Below, one piece after another: positions 33,917-45,133 of a stretch of 64,000 nt of DNA. The stretch is from assembly GCA_963701135.1 (NCBI GenBank), contig OY969567.1, positions 2,576,537 through 2,640,536 on the forward strand, given 5' to 3'. This DNA comes from an uncultured Chloroflexia bacterium. Its GTDB lineage: Bacteria; Chloroflexota; Dehalococcoidia; DSTF01; JACRBR01. Each line of letters begins with the position of its first letter. The stretch's first letter is position 1. A model generated the notes under the pieces. It did no database searches. It was not told the DNA's origin and worked only from the letters and a program-made list of their open reading frames with translations. The position numbers and the translations under genes are program-made.

Positions 33917-34020
33917 CACCCCGCGAAGATGCTCCCTAGACTGATGTAACGACGCCGGAGCGGTTGCGCCACAGGCACCGGCGGCATCCGCTGCCCGTGC
34001 CGCACGCCGCAGGAGCGTTC

Positions 34021-34984
34021 ATGTCCCTCGACACGTTGCTGCCCAAGCTCGAGGACCCCGACAACGCACCGCCGGCGACGGACCTTGCCGCGCTGAGCAG
34101 CCTGGGCGGCGTCGACCAGAAGCGCTTCCTGGCCGTCTGGCGCACGCTGAGCGTCCAGCGGCGGCGCGACATCATCGACGTGCTGGCCGACATCGCCGAG
34201 GACAACGTCGAGCTGGACTTCAACGGCGTGTTCATGATCGGCGTGCTCGACGATGACGTGCAGGTGCGCGCGGAGTCGATCAAGGCGCTCTGGGAGTACG
34301 AGGAGGACGGCCTCATCGCGATCCTGCTGCGCGTGCTGCGCGACCCGGAGGCGATCGTCCGCGCGGAAGCGGCGCTCGGGCTCGGGCGCTACCTGCTGCG
34401 CGCGGAGCTCGACCGGCCGTGACGACGCGGCGATGGGCGAGATCGAGGCTGCGTTGCGCGCCGTCGTGCACGACGAGGCGGAGCTGCCCGAGGTGCGCGG
34501 CCGCGCGCTCGAGGCGCTGGGCGCGAGCGGCAAGGACTGGGTACACGACATGATCGAGGACGCGTACGAGAGCGGCGACCGCCGTATGTCGATCAGCGCC
34601 GTCCACGCCATGGGCCGCAATGCCGACCTGAACTGGCTGCCGGCGATCTTCGCCGAGATGGAGAGCGAGGACGGCGAGATGCGCTTCGAGGCGGCGGTGG
34701 CCGCGGGCTCGCTCGCCGACGAGGAGGCCATCCCGCGCCTCGTCGACCTCTCGCACGACGACGATGCGGAGGTGCAGGAGGCGGCGATCGCGGCGCTCGG
34801 CCAGATTGGCGGGCCGGCCGCGCGCTCGGCGCTGCACGGCATCGCCGGGGAGCATTCCGACGAGCGCGTGCTGGAGTCCGTGCGCGACGCCCTGAGCGAG
34901 GCGGACTTCGTCGAGGATCCGCTCGGCTTTAAGATGTACCTCGACAAGAGCGTGGCCGATGATGTTGAAGAGGACGATGAGTGA
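34021..34984 (+). CDS. HEAT-repeat (PBS-lyase-type) protein, with a frameshift near nt 34420
   Basis: Repeated VRAEAALGLG / VRGRALEALG / MRFEAAVAAG / VQEAAIAALG HEAT-like units split over the 33964 and 34253 frames. Confidence 0.6.
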
Positions 34985-35436
34985 CGACCCGCGACTTTGA
35001 CCTCCGCGTTCAGCAGGCCGTTTCGGCGGGCGGCGTCGTGTACCGCACGGGTGAGCGCGGGATCGAGGTCGTGCTGTGCGGCCGGACGCCGGAGGGGCTG
35101 TGGGCGCTGCCGAAGGGCACGCCGGAGCGCGGAGAGTCGCTGCACGAGACGGCGCTGCGCGAGGTGAGCGAGGAGACGGGGCTCGGCGTGGAGATCGTCG
35201 GCGACCTGGGCACCATCGAGTACGTGTTCGCGCGGCCGGTACAGGGCGTGCGCTTCGAGAAGACGGTGTATCACTACCTGATGCAGCCGACGGGAAGCGG
35301 TAGTGTCAGCGACCACGACGGCGAGTACGATCGCGTGCAATGGTTTCCGGCGGAAGAGGCGTTGCGCATCATGACGCACCGCAACGAGGCGCAGGTCGTA
35401 CGCCGGGCGCTCGACGCAATCGAGGAACGGGCATGA
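34981..35436 (+). CDS. NUDIX hydrolase
   Basis: Nudix box GTPERGESLHETALREVSEETG. GTG start overlapping the upstream stop. Confidence 0.8.
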   Translation: MTTRDFDLRVQQAVSAGGVVYRTGERGIEVVLCGRTPEGLWALPKGTPERGESLHETALREVSEETGLGVEIVGDLGTIEYVFARPVQGVRFEKTVYHYLMQPTGSGSVSDHDGEYDRVQWFPAEEALRIMTHRNEAQVVRRALDAIEERA

Positions 35437-35975
35437 CGACAACGGTCGACGGCGAGGTCGCGCGCAGCGAGCTGGTCGTGCTGCGGGAGAAGCGCCTGGG
35501 CGACGCGCACAACGACTACCGCTGGCGCAGCGACGCGGAGCTTGCGCGCTTCGACGCGGCGCGCCCGTTCGCCGCGACGTACAACGACTACCTGGCGCTC
35601 TACCGCGACGAGCTGACGTACCCCAGCCCTTACCGCCGCAGCCTGGCGATCGAGGACATGGGCGGCCGCCACATCGGCAACGCGATGTACTACAACATCG
35701 ACACGATCCGTCGCGAGGCCGAGATCGGCATCACGATCGGCGAGCGCGATTGCTGGGGCAAGGGCTACGGCACCGACGCGGTGAAGGCGCTGGTGCGCCA
35801 CGTCTTTCGCACCACGGGATTCCGCCGCATCTACCTGAAGACGCTCGACTGGAACACGCGCGCGCAGCGCGCTTTCGAGAAGGCGGGCTTCCGCGGCTGC
35901 GGCCGTTCGCGCCGGGGCGGCAACGCGTTCGTCGTCATGGAGTACATGGCGGCGTGGCTGGACGCGCGCGAGTAG
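35433..35975 (+). CDS. GNAT family N-acetyltransferase
   Basis: GKGYGTDAVKALVRHVF motif A. ATGA overlap with the NUDIX gene. Confidence 0.7.
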   Translation: MTTTVDGEVARSELVVLREKRLGDAHNDYRWRSDAELARFDAARPFAATYNDYLALYRDELTYPSPYRRSLAIEDMGGRHIGNAMYYNIDTIRREAEIGITIGERDCWGKGYGTDAVKALVRHVFRTTGFRRIYLKTLDWNTRAQRAFEKAGFRGCGRSRRGGNAFVVMEYMAAWLDARE

Positions 35976-36046
35976 CGGCGGCGAGTCCGGCGTCATCGCA
36001 CGCGACGCTGGATGTTGGGCCGAGGCGTTGTGCTGCGTCGGTCCGG

Positions 36047-36282
36047 CTTCGCCGGACGCGCAGCCGGGGGCGGCTACGCTCCACGCTTCGCGTCTCGATT
36101 TCTGACAGTCGTTGCAGATCAACACGGTGCCGCGCGGGCCGAAAAGCCCGCGCGACGGACTGCATGTGACTCCTTCAGCGCCCCGCTAGCCCCCGGCCTC
36201 TTCGTTCGACGATTCTGACCGGCGGGCGCTAAGCATGTAGGACAGCCGCCCCCGGCTGTCCATCCGGCGAAGCCGGATCGAT
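36047..36282. mobile_element. MITE-like non-autonomous element (~236 bp) with ~40-bp terminal inverted repeats
   Basis: Left end GTCGGTCCGGCTTCGCCGGACGCGCAGCCGGGGGCGGCT. Right end AGCCGCCCCCGGCTGTCCATCCGGCGAAGCCGGATCGAT, its near-perfect reverse complement. The internal GCGCGGGCCGAAAAGCCCGCGCG hairpin is shared with the 26775-27150 repeats. Confidence 0.65.
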
Positions 36283-36286
36283 GCCG

Positions 36287-37840
36287 CTAGCGCGCCGGGC
36301 TGCCGGCGTAGTGCGCGACCAGCGCTTCGACCAGCCCATCGATCGTGTAGCGGCCGGCGGTCACGCTGACCTCGAGGCCTGCTTCGCGCACGGCGGCGGC
36401 GGTGACGGGGCCGATCGCGGCGATGACGGCGGTGCGCAGCGGGGCGGGGTCGCCGCCGAGCATGGCGATGAGGTTGCGCACGGAGGATGAGCTGGCGAAG
36501 GTGACGGCATCGATCTCGCCCGCGCGCAGCCGCCGCAGCGCTTCGGCGCCGGGCCGCTCGGGCACCGCCGCCCGGTAGAGCGTCAGCTCGCGCACGCTGG
36601 CGCCCATCGCCAGCAGGCCGTCGACCAGCACCTCACGCGCGCCTTCGGCGCGGGGCAGCAGCACGCGCTGGCCGCGCATGACACGCGAGGCGAACGCGTC
36701 CAGCAGCCCCTCGGCGACGAAGCGCTCCGGCACGAGGTCCGCGCGCAGCCCCTCGCGCGCCAGAGCCTCGGCCGTGCCGGGGCCGATGGCGGCGATACGC
36801 GCTCGCGCGAACGCCCGCGCGTCGAGCCCGGCGCCGCGCACGTGGCCGAGGAACAGCTCGACGGCGTTGGCGCTCGTGAAGACGACCCACTGGTAGCCTG
36901 ACGATTTCAGCACCTCGATCGCGTACCCAAGCTCGCGCTCGTCGTGCGAGGGCACGATCTCGATGACCGGCAGCTCGACCGGCTCGGCGCCCTGCGCCGC
37001 GAGGGCGCGCGACAGGTCGCTCGCCTGCCGGCGCGTGCGGGTGACGAGCACGCGCTTGCCGAACAGCGGGCGCGTGTCGAACCAGCGCAGCTCGTCGCGC
37101 AGCCGCGCGACCTCGCCGACGACGGTGACGGCGGGCGGCTCGATGCCGGCCGCGCGCACGGCGCCGGCGATCGTCGCGAGCGTGCCGGTGGCGGTGCGCT
37201 GCCGCGGCAGCGTGCCCCATTCGATCACCGCCGCGGGCGTCGCTGCGTCGCGGCCGTGCGCGATCAGTTGCTCCGCGATCTCGGCGAGCCGCCCCGTGCC
37301 CATGAGGAAGACGAGCGTATCGGCGCCGTTCGCGAGCCGCGCCCAGTCGATGCTCGTCGCGTCCTTCGACGGGTCCTCGTGACCCGTGATCACGGCGAAC
37401 GACGATGCAAGCGAGCGATGGGTCAGCGGGATGCCCGCGTACGCGGGCGCGGCGATCGACGACGTGACGCCGGGCACCACCTCGAACGGCACGCCGGCGG
37501 CGATCAACGCCTCGGCCTCCTCGCCGCCGCGGCCGAAGACGAAGGGGTCGCCGCCCTTGAGGCGCACAACGCGCTTTCCGGCGAGCCCGAGTTCGACGAG
37601 CAGCGCGTTGATCTGGTCCTGCGTCATCGTGTGGCGGTCGGTGGTCTTGCCGACGTAGATCAGCTCGGCGCCGGGGCGCGCGTGCGAGAGCAGCGCCGGG
37701 TTGGCCAGGCGGTCGTAGACCACGACCTCCGCCTCGGCGAGGCGCGCCGCGCCGCCGATGGTCAGCAGATCGGGATCGCCCGGGCCGGCGCCGACGAGCG
37801 AGACGAACCCCTTGCCGCGCGATGCCCCGTCGCTGCTCAT
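36287..37840 (-). CDS. cobA-hemD: Uroporphyrinogen-III C-methyltransferase / uroporphyrinogen-III synthase fusion
   Basis: N-terminal SUMT ([15 protein letters not shown]...[12 protein letters not shown]). C-terminal HemD-like half. Confidence 0.85.
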   Translation of the reverse strand: MSSDGASRGKGFVSLVGAGPGDPDLLTIGGAARLAEAEVVVYDRLANPALLSHARPGAELIYVGKTTDRHTMTQDQINALLVELGLAGKRVVRLKGGDPFVFGRGGEEAEALIAAGVPFEVVPGVTSSIAAPAYAGIPLTHRSLASSFAVITGHEDPSKDATSIDWARLANGADTLVFLMGTGRLAEIAEQLIAHGRDAATPAAVIEWGTLPRQRTATGTLATIAGAVRAAGIEPPAVTVVGEVARLRDELRWFDTRPLFGKRVLVTRTRRQASDLSRALAAQGAEPVELPVIEIVPSHDERELGYAIEVLKSSGYQWVVFTSANAVELFLGHVRGAGLDARAFARARIAAIGPGTAEALAREGLRADLVPERFVAEGLLDAFASRVMRGQRVLLPRAEGAREVLVDGLLAMGASVRELTLYRAAVPERPGAEALRRLRAGEIDAVTFASSSSVRNLIAMLGGDPAPLRTAVIAAIGPVTAAAVREAGLEVSVTAGRYTIDGLVEALVAHYAGSPAR

Positions 37841-38746
37841 TCGATGAACCTCGCCGCTCCCTGCGCCAGCACCGCCTCGGCCGCGCGCACGCCCAGATCG
37901 CCCGGCGTGGCGGATGGGCCGCGCACCTCGGCGCGGATGATGCGGTCGCCGGCGGCGATCATCACGCGCAGCATCAGCTCACCGGCGGCAACGGTAGCGT
38001 ACGCGCCGACGGGGAGCCGGCAGCCGCCGCCAAGCCGTTGCAGGTACGCCCGCTCTGCCTCGACCGCCGCGTGCGTCTGCGCGTCATCGATCGCGCTGAC
38101 GAAGGCCAGCGCCTCGTGGTCGTCGATGCGCGCTTCTATGCCGAGCGCGGCCTGGCCGACGGCCGGGAGCATCTCGTCGACCGAGAACACGTGCGCGGCC
38201 TTGCCTTCGAGCCCCAGGCGCGCCAGGCCGGCCATCGCGAGCACCGCGGCGTCGTACTCGCCGGACTCCACCTTCCTGATGCGGGTGTCGACGTTGCCGC
38301 GGATCTCGATCGTCTCGACGTCAGGCCGGAGCGACTTGATCTGCACGGCGCGGCGGCCGCTGCCGGTGCCGATGCGCGCGCCCGGCGGCAGGTCCGCACA
38401 GCGACGCCCCGCCACGCGACACGAGGGCGTCGCGCGGGTCGGCGCGTGGCGGCACGGCGGCGAGCGCGAGGCCGGCCGCGAGCGCGGCGGGCAGGTCCTT
38501 GAGGCTGTGGACGGCGATGTCGGCGTCGCGCGCGATGAGCGCGTCCTCGATCGCCTTCGTGAAGACGCCGAGGCCGCCGATCTCGGCGAGCGGCGCGGTG
38601 GAGCGGTCGCCCTCGGTGTGGATCTCGCGCACCTCGAGGCGCGCGCCGGGGTGGGCCGCGCGCAGGGCCTCCGACACCAGTTCGACCTGGCGGAGCGAGA
38701 GCTTGCTCCCGCGCGCGCCGATAACGAACGTCCGCTCCATGCCCAC
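37837..38746 (-). CDS. hemC: Hydroxymethylbilane synthase (porphobilinogen deaminase), with a frameshift near nt 38390
   Basis: N-terminus ERTFVIGARGSKLSLRQVELV...AVHSLKDLP in one frame. The C-terminal part (RIGTGSGRRAVQIKSLRPDVE...RGNVDTR) is in another. Confidence 0.75.
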
Positions 38747-38843
38747 ATTATCCGTGAAAGCATCGGTGGTCGATATGTGCGGGCCGGTATATGGGAGAGG
38801 AAGTTGGAGGTTGGAGAGCAGAGAGCAGAGACGGGCGGACGGC

Positions 38844-38907
38844 GTAGGGACGAAGCTTTAGCTCCGTCCGAGCGGTGTTGGGGACGGAGCTAAAGCTTCG
38901 TCCCTAC
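38844..38907. other. Perfect 26-bp inverted repeat with a 12-nt loop, overlapping the hemA stop codon
   Basis: GTAGGGACGAAGCTTTAGCTCCGTCC - GAGCGGTGTTGG - GGACGGAGCTAAAGCTTCGTCCCTAC. Confidence 0.9.
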
Positions 38908-40164
38908 GTGTTCGTCTCGGGATCGTCCACGCCGAAGAGGGCGCGCGCGGCTGCGACGTAGCGGTCGCCCTGGCCGGGTTGCTTGAGGCGGCTGATGGGG
39001 GCGTGGAGGAGCTTCTTGACGAGCGCCGACGTCATGGCTTCGACGCGCTTGCGGTCGGCGGCGCTGAGGTTCGTCTTCGCGAGCGTGCGCTCGAGCTCGG
39101 CCAGGCGCAGCGTCTCGGCGTGCGAGCGCAGCGCGGCGACCGTGGGGACGACTTCGAGCGATCGGAGCCAGTCGCCGAACCTGGCGATCTCCTCGTCGAC
39201 GATCGCCTCCGCCTGCGCCGAGCTCCTTGCGCCGCAGGTGCATGCTGTGGCGCGCGACGGCCTGCAGGTCGTCGATGTCGTGCAAGTGCACCCCGGACAG
39301 CTCGCGCACCGCCGGGTCGACGTCGCGCGGGACGGCGATGTCGATCAGCAGCAGCGGCCGGTTCGGACGGGCGGCCATCGCGGTCTCAAGCATCGGGCGG
39401 TCGATCAGGAAGTGCGGCGCGGCGGTCGACGTGATGACGATGTCCGCCTCGGCGAGGGCGTCCGGCAGGCGCTCGAACGGCAGTGTGCTGCCGCCGAGCT
39501 CGGCCGCAAGCTCGGCCGAGCGCGCGGCGTTGCGGCTCGTCACCAGCATGCGCGAGACGCCGCTCGAAGCGAGCGTGCGCGCCGTGAGCTTGCCGGCCTC
39601 GCCGGCGCTGACGACGAGCGCCGTCTTGCCGGACAGATCGCCGAGCGCTGAACGGGCGAGCGACACCGCCGTGGAGCTGACGGACATCGTGCCGCGGCCG
39701 ATGTTGGTCTGCGCGCGCGCCTTGCGTCCGACGCGGATCGCGGTGTGGAACAGGCGCGAGAGCACGGGCGTGTGGGTGCCGGCGGCCGTGGCGGCGGTGA
39801 ACGCCGCGCGCACCTGGCCCAGGACCTCCGACTCGCCGATCACCATCGATTCGATGCCGGCGGCGACGCGGAAGAGGTGGCGCGCGGCCTCCTTGCCGGT
39901 GACGGCGAAGAACGGCGCGCCCTCGAACGCGACCTCGCCCTTGATCTCGCTCAGCAGCGCCACGATCGGGCGGGGGTCGCCGATGCCGCGCGCGCTCGCG
40001 ACGTAGATCTCGGTGCGGTTGCAGGTGGAGAGCACGGCCGCGCCCGCGTAGCGCTCGCCGAGCTTCGCCAGGAGCGGCGGCAGCTCATCGGCCGAGAACG
40101 CGAAGTGCTCGCGCACGGCCACGGGCGCCGTCTTGTGCGAAATGCCGATGAGCGAAATCTGCAC
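38904..40164 (-). CDS. hemA: Glutamyl-tRNA reductase, with a frameshift near nt 39230
   Basis: N-terminal ~300 aa (LSTCNRTEIY...NAARSAELA) in the long ORF. The true C-terminus (...TSALVKKLLHAPISRLKQPGQGDRYVAAARALFGVDDPETNT*) is in the adjacent frame. Confidence 0.75.
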
Positions 40165-40197
40165 CGTGTCTCCCGTCCCTCCGCCGCCGCGCGACGG

Positions 40198-40854
40198 TTA
40201 TTCGTTCTCCGTCCCGACCGGCGACAGCTCGACGCCCAGCCGCGCGAGCAGCCGGGCGCGCGCCTGGCCGTAGCGCCGCTGCGCGAGCATGACCCGGAGC
40301 TGGCCGTCGATCGCCTCCTGCCAGCGGTCGCTTTCCACCTTGATGCCGCGCTTTCGCAGCTCCTGGCGCACTTCGGCGAGCAGGTCGGCGAGCGCGGGCA
40401 TATCGTCGGTCAGGTAGGCGTCGAGCTCCTCGCGCAGGCGCCGGGCCAGCGCCGGGCTGCTGCCGGCCGTCGATGCGGCGAGCGTGATCTTGCCCTTGCG
40501 CACGACCGAGGGGAGGATGAAGTCGCAGTTCTTCGTGTCGTCGGCGGCGTTCACCCAGATGCCGCGGCGGCGCGCCGCCGAGGCGACCTCGCCGTTGATC
40601 GCGCCGTCGTCCGTCGCGATCATCACCAGCTCGTAGCCGCCGTCCAGGTCCTCCTCGCGGTACGCGCGGGCGATGTGGCGGATGCGGCCGGCTGCGACGT
40701 ATTCGCGCAGCTCGTCGATCAGCTCCGGGCTGACGACGGTGATGTCCGCCTCGCCGTTGAGCAGGCCGTGCACCTTCTCGGCGCCGACGTGGCCGCCGCC
40801 GATGACGATCACGCGGCGTCCGCTGGTTTCGAGGAAGATGGGGTAGAGCGCCAT
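40198..40854 (-). CDS. sirC: Precorrin-2 dehydrogenase / sirohydrochlorin ferrochelatase (CysG N-domain-like)
   Basis: Rossmann RVIVIGGGHVGAEK, 218 aa, upstream of hemA in the same orientation. Confidence 0.75.
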   Translation of the reverse strand: MALYPIFLETSGRRVIVIGGGHVGAEKVHGLLNGEADITVVSPELIDELREYVAAGRIRHIARAYREEDLDGGYELVMIATDDGAINGEVASAARRRGIWVNAADDTKNCDFILPSVVRKGKITLAASTAGSSPALARRLREELDAYLTDDMPALADLLAEVRQELRKRGIKVESDRWQEAIDGQLRVMLAQRRYGQARARLLARLGVELSPVGTENE

Positions 40855-40871
40855 GGTTGCCCGCCGTACTC

Positions 40872-41570
40872 CTAAGACTCAGCCTCGTACGCGCCGGCGA
40901 TGCCGAGCAGCACTTCGTCGGCGAGCGCCATGATCTGCTCGCAGACCTCGACCGACTCGCTGTGCGGCGTACCCGTCTTCGCGAGCGCCTGCTTGGCCGA
41001 CTGGTCGAGGCTGCGGCGGAAGAACGTGAACGCGTGCATGGCCTGGAACAGCGACATGCCGGAGGCGGCCAGCTCCGACCCGTACTGCGCGCCGGTCGCG
41101 CGCGCTTCCTCGAGCAGCGAGGTCTTGCGGCCGCGCTTGCCGACGTAGTCGGCGACGAGCGCCATCAGCCGCCGGCCGAGCGGCCGCAGCTTCTCGCGCT
41201 GCTCCTCGCCGACGTTCGCGTACCAGTCCTCGGGACGGTGGTGGAGCTGGCGGCGAATGCGGCGCGTGGCGAGGTCTCCGACCTCGCTCATGTGGTTCTT
41301 CGAGCGGCCGTTGACGATCGCGCGCACGTCGCCATCGGCGAAGCGGCGGTGGCCGCCGGGCGTGCGGAAGGTGCGCACCTGGCCGGCGTCGGCCCAGCGG
41401 CGCAGCGTTGACTCATCGACGTTCAGCAGGCGGCATGCCTGGCCGAGCGTGAGCCAGCGCTCCGATTCAGACGGTGGCGGCGCGCTGGCGGACGTGCGCG
41501 CGGCCGCGGGAACCCTGCTCAAACCTGTGTAATCCTCGTTCCGGTCCAGCCGTCCGTGAGATTCTAGCAT
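40872..41570 (-). CDS. MerR-family transcriptional regulator with an uncharacterized C-terminal domain
   Basis: HTH WLTLGQACRLLNVDESTLRRWADAGQV. Start taken at MLESHG. The longer ORF reading into the heptamer repeat (GGWRLEV...) is rejected. Confidence 0.6.
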   Translation of the reverse strand: MLESHGRLDRNEDYTGLSRVPAAARTSASAPPPSESERWLTLGQACRLLNVDESTLRRWADAGQVRTFRTPGGHRRFADGDVRAIVNGRSKNHMSEVGDLATRRIRRQLHHRPEDWYANVGEEQREKLRPLGRRLMALVADYVGKRGRKTSLLEEARATGAQYGSELAASGMSLFQAMHAFTFFRRSLDQSAKQALAKTGTPHSESVEVCEQIMALADEVLLGIAGAYEAES

Positions 41571-41699
41571 GCGGGAAATCGCGGGCAATCGAGGAAGGGC
41601 GCGGCGCCGCGGCCAACCTGCGTAAATCTGGCGGGCGCGGGGGAGAGCAGAGACAGCAAACAGCAAACAGCAAAGGGGCCGGGCTCTCGCTTCCCGCCT

Positions 41700-41902
41700 G
41701 CGGCCTCCAACCTCCAACCTCCAACCTCCAACCTCCAACCTCCAACCTCCAACCTCCAACCTCCAACGTCCAACCGCCGGCCTCCAACCGCCGGCCTCCA
41801 ACCTCCAACCTCCAACGTCCAACCTCCAACCGCCGGCCTCCAACCTCCAACTTCCAACCGCCGGCCTCCAGCGTCCAGCCTGCGGCCTCTAGCCTCCAAC
41901 CT
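41700..41902. repeat. Heptanucleotide microsatellite (CCTCCAA)n with CCGGCCTCCAA variants, ~25 units. It reads (GGAGGTT)n on the strand of the downstream MerR-family gene.
   Basis: Direct reading. Lies 130 nt upstream of the MerR-family start. Confidence 0.9.
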
Positions 41903-41925
41903 CGGGGCGCCGGTACGCTGCATGC

Positions 41926-42330
41926 ATGAACAACGAACCGCTCGCGCGGAAGGCGCAGGCCGACCTGATCATCGACCGGGCAGCGCAGCAGATGCGGCTG
42001 CTGCTGCAGGAGGCGGCGAAGGAGCTGCGGCCGTTCCCGCCGTTCCCGGGCGCGTTCTTCACGAACGCGGTGGAGGTGAACCTCGACGGCGTGGAGCGCG
42101 CGGACATCGGCTGCATCATCGTCGGCGAGGACGGCGAGCTGTACGAGCTGGAGATGAAGATCGACTTCGGCGAGGAGTTCGGCGACGTCGTCGACCCCGT
42201 GCAGGCGCGCGAAGAGACGCTGAAGAAGCTCGAAGAGCTGCACCCGCGCGACTACATCGTGCTGGCGTACAACGCGCTGACGCAGCTCACGGAGCTCCTG
42301 CTGGAGCAGCACGCCGACGCATCGGCCTGA
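41926..42330 (+). CDS. Hypothetical protein (134 aa)
   Basis: Clean ORF with balanced composition. No family recognised. Confidence 0.45.
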   Translation: MNNEPLARKAQADLIIDRAAQQMRLLLQEAAKELRPFPPFPGAFFTNAVEVNLDGVERADIGCIIVGEDGELYELEMKIDFGEEFGDVVDPVQAREETLKKLEELHPRDYIVLAYNALTQLTELLLEQHADASA

Positions 42331-42334
42331 GACC

Positions 42335-43276
42335 ATGCCGCCGCCCCGCACGTTCATTATCGCCTTCGTCGCGTTCGCGGTCTTCGCGTTGCTCGCGGCG
42401 TGCGTGGCGAGCGCGCAGCCGGGGCCGGACGCGGTGGGCGAGCCGGCCGTCACGCTGAAGCCGGCTGTCGCGACCGTCGGCGACCGGCTGACGCTGACGA
42501 TCGCCATCGACCACGAGGACGGCGTGACGCTGACGCCGCCGGGCTTCGGCGGCGGCTTCGGCGGCCTGGAGGTCGTCGAGATCGCGCCGCCGGCCGACGA
42601 GGAGCGCGGCGCGGGCAGGCGCCGCACGACGTTCACGTACACGCTGACGGCGTTCACGCCGGGATCGTTCACGGTGCCGCCGCGGCAGGTGACATTCGCC
42701 GGGCCCGGCGCGGCGAGCGGCGCGGTCGAGACGGCGGCGCGGACGGTGACGATCAACTCCGTGCTCGCGCCGGGCGATGCGTCGCTGCGGCCGTTGAAAC
42801 CGCAGCTTGAGATCGATAGCGCCGCGCCGGCGGCGGCAGTGCCGGTCCTCGTCGTGGCGGCCTTCGCCGTGCTCACCGCCGCCGGCTACCTGCTGCACGT
42901 GCAGGCCGTCCGCATCCCGCCGCCGGCGCCCGTGGCCGCGCCGGCGCCGCCACCGCCGCCGCAGGAACGAGCGCTGGCGGCGCTCGACGCCACGGCGCCG
43001 CTCGCGGACGCCGACGTCCGCGCGTACTACGCGCGCATCGCCGCGACGTTGCGGGCGTACCTGAGCGAGCGCTACGCGTTTCCGGCGTACGCCATGACGC
43101 GGACGGAGATGGAGCGCGGCATGGAGGGGGCGGGCATCGAGCGCTGGCCGGCGCGGCTGACGGCGAACCTCCTCGAGCAGTGCGACGCCGCGCAGTTCGC
43201 GGGGTTCGTGCCGGCGGCGGAGCGCCGTGCGGCCGACCTGGCCGCCGCGCGCGAGATCGTGGCGCTGACGGCGTAG
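42335..43276 (+). CDS. Secreted/membrane-anchored hypothetical protein with a DUF4381 (BatD-associated)-like C-terminal domain
   Basis: Signal peptide, a Gly-rich segment, a central TM helix and a Pro-rich linker. The C-terminal region (AYYARIAATLRAYLSERY...LLEQCDAAQFAGFVP) is reminiscent of DUF4381. Confidence 0.45.
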   Translation: MPPPRTFIIAFVAFAVFALLAACVASAQPGPDAVGEPAVTLKPAVATVGDRLTLTIAIDHEDGVTLTPPGFGGGFGGLEVVEIAPPADEERGAGRRRTTFTYTLTAFTPGSFTVPPRQVTFAGPGAASGAVETAARTVTINSVLAPGDASLRPLKPQLEIDSAAPAAAVPVLVVAAFAVLTAAGYLLHVQAVRIPPPAPVAAPAPPPPPQERALAALDATAPLADADVRAYYARIAATLRAYLSERYAFPAYAMTRTEMERGMEGAGIERWPARLTANLLEQCDAAQFAGFVPAAERRAADLAAAREIVALTA

Positions 43277-43359
43277 AACAAGAGCGCGCGCCTTGCGGCG
43301 CGCGCTCTTGTTAGAACCTGGAACCCAGAACCTAGAACCTAACGCCTAGTCCCTAGTCC

Positions 43360-45104
<1,745 letters not shown>

Positions 45105-45133
45105 TCACTAGCGACCAGCTCACGGCACGCAGC

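Noticed and set aside
40872-41843. Full-length 323-aa version of the MerR-family ORF starting at 41843
   Set aside because: The N-terminal 90 residues are translated from the GGAGGTT microsatellite (GGWRLEVGGWRLE...). A start at MLESHG (41570) just before the HTH is far more plausible.
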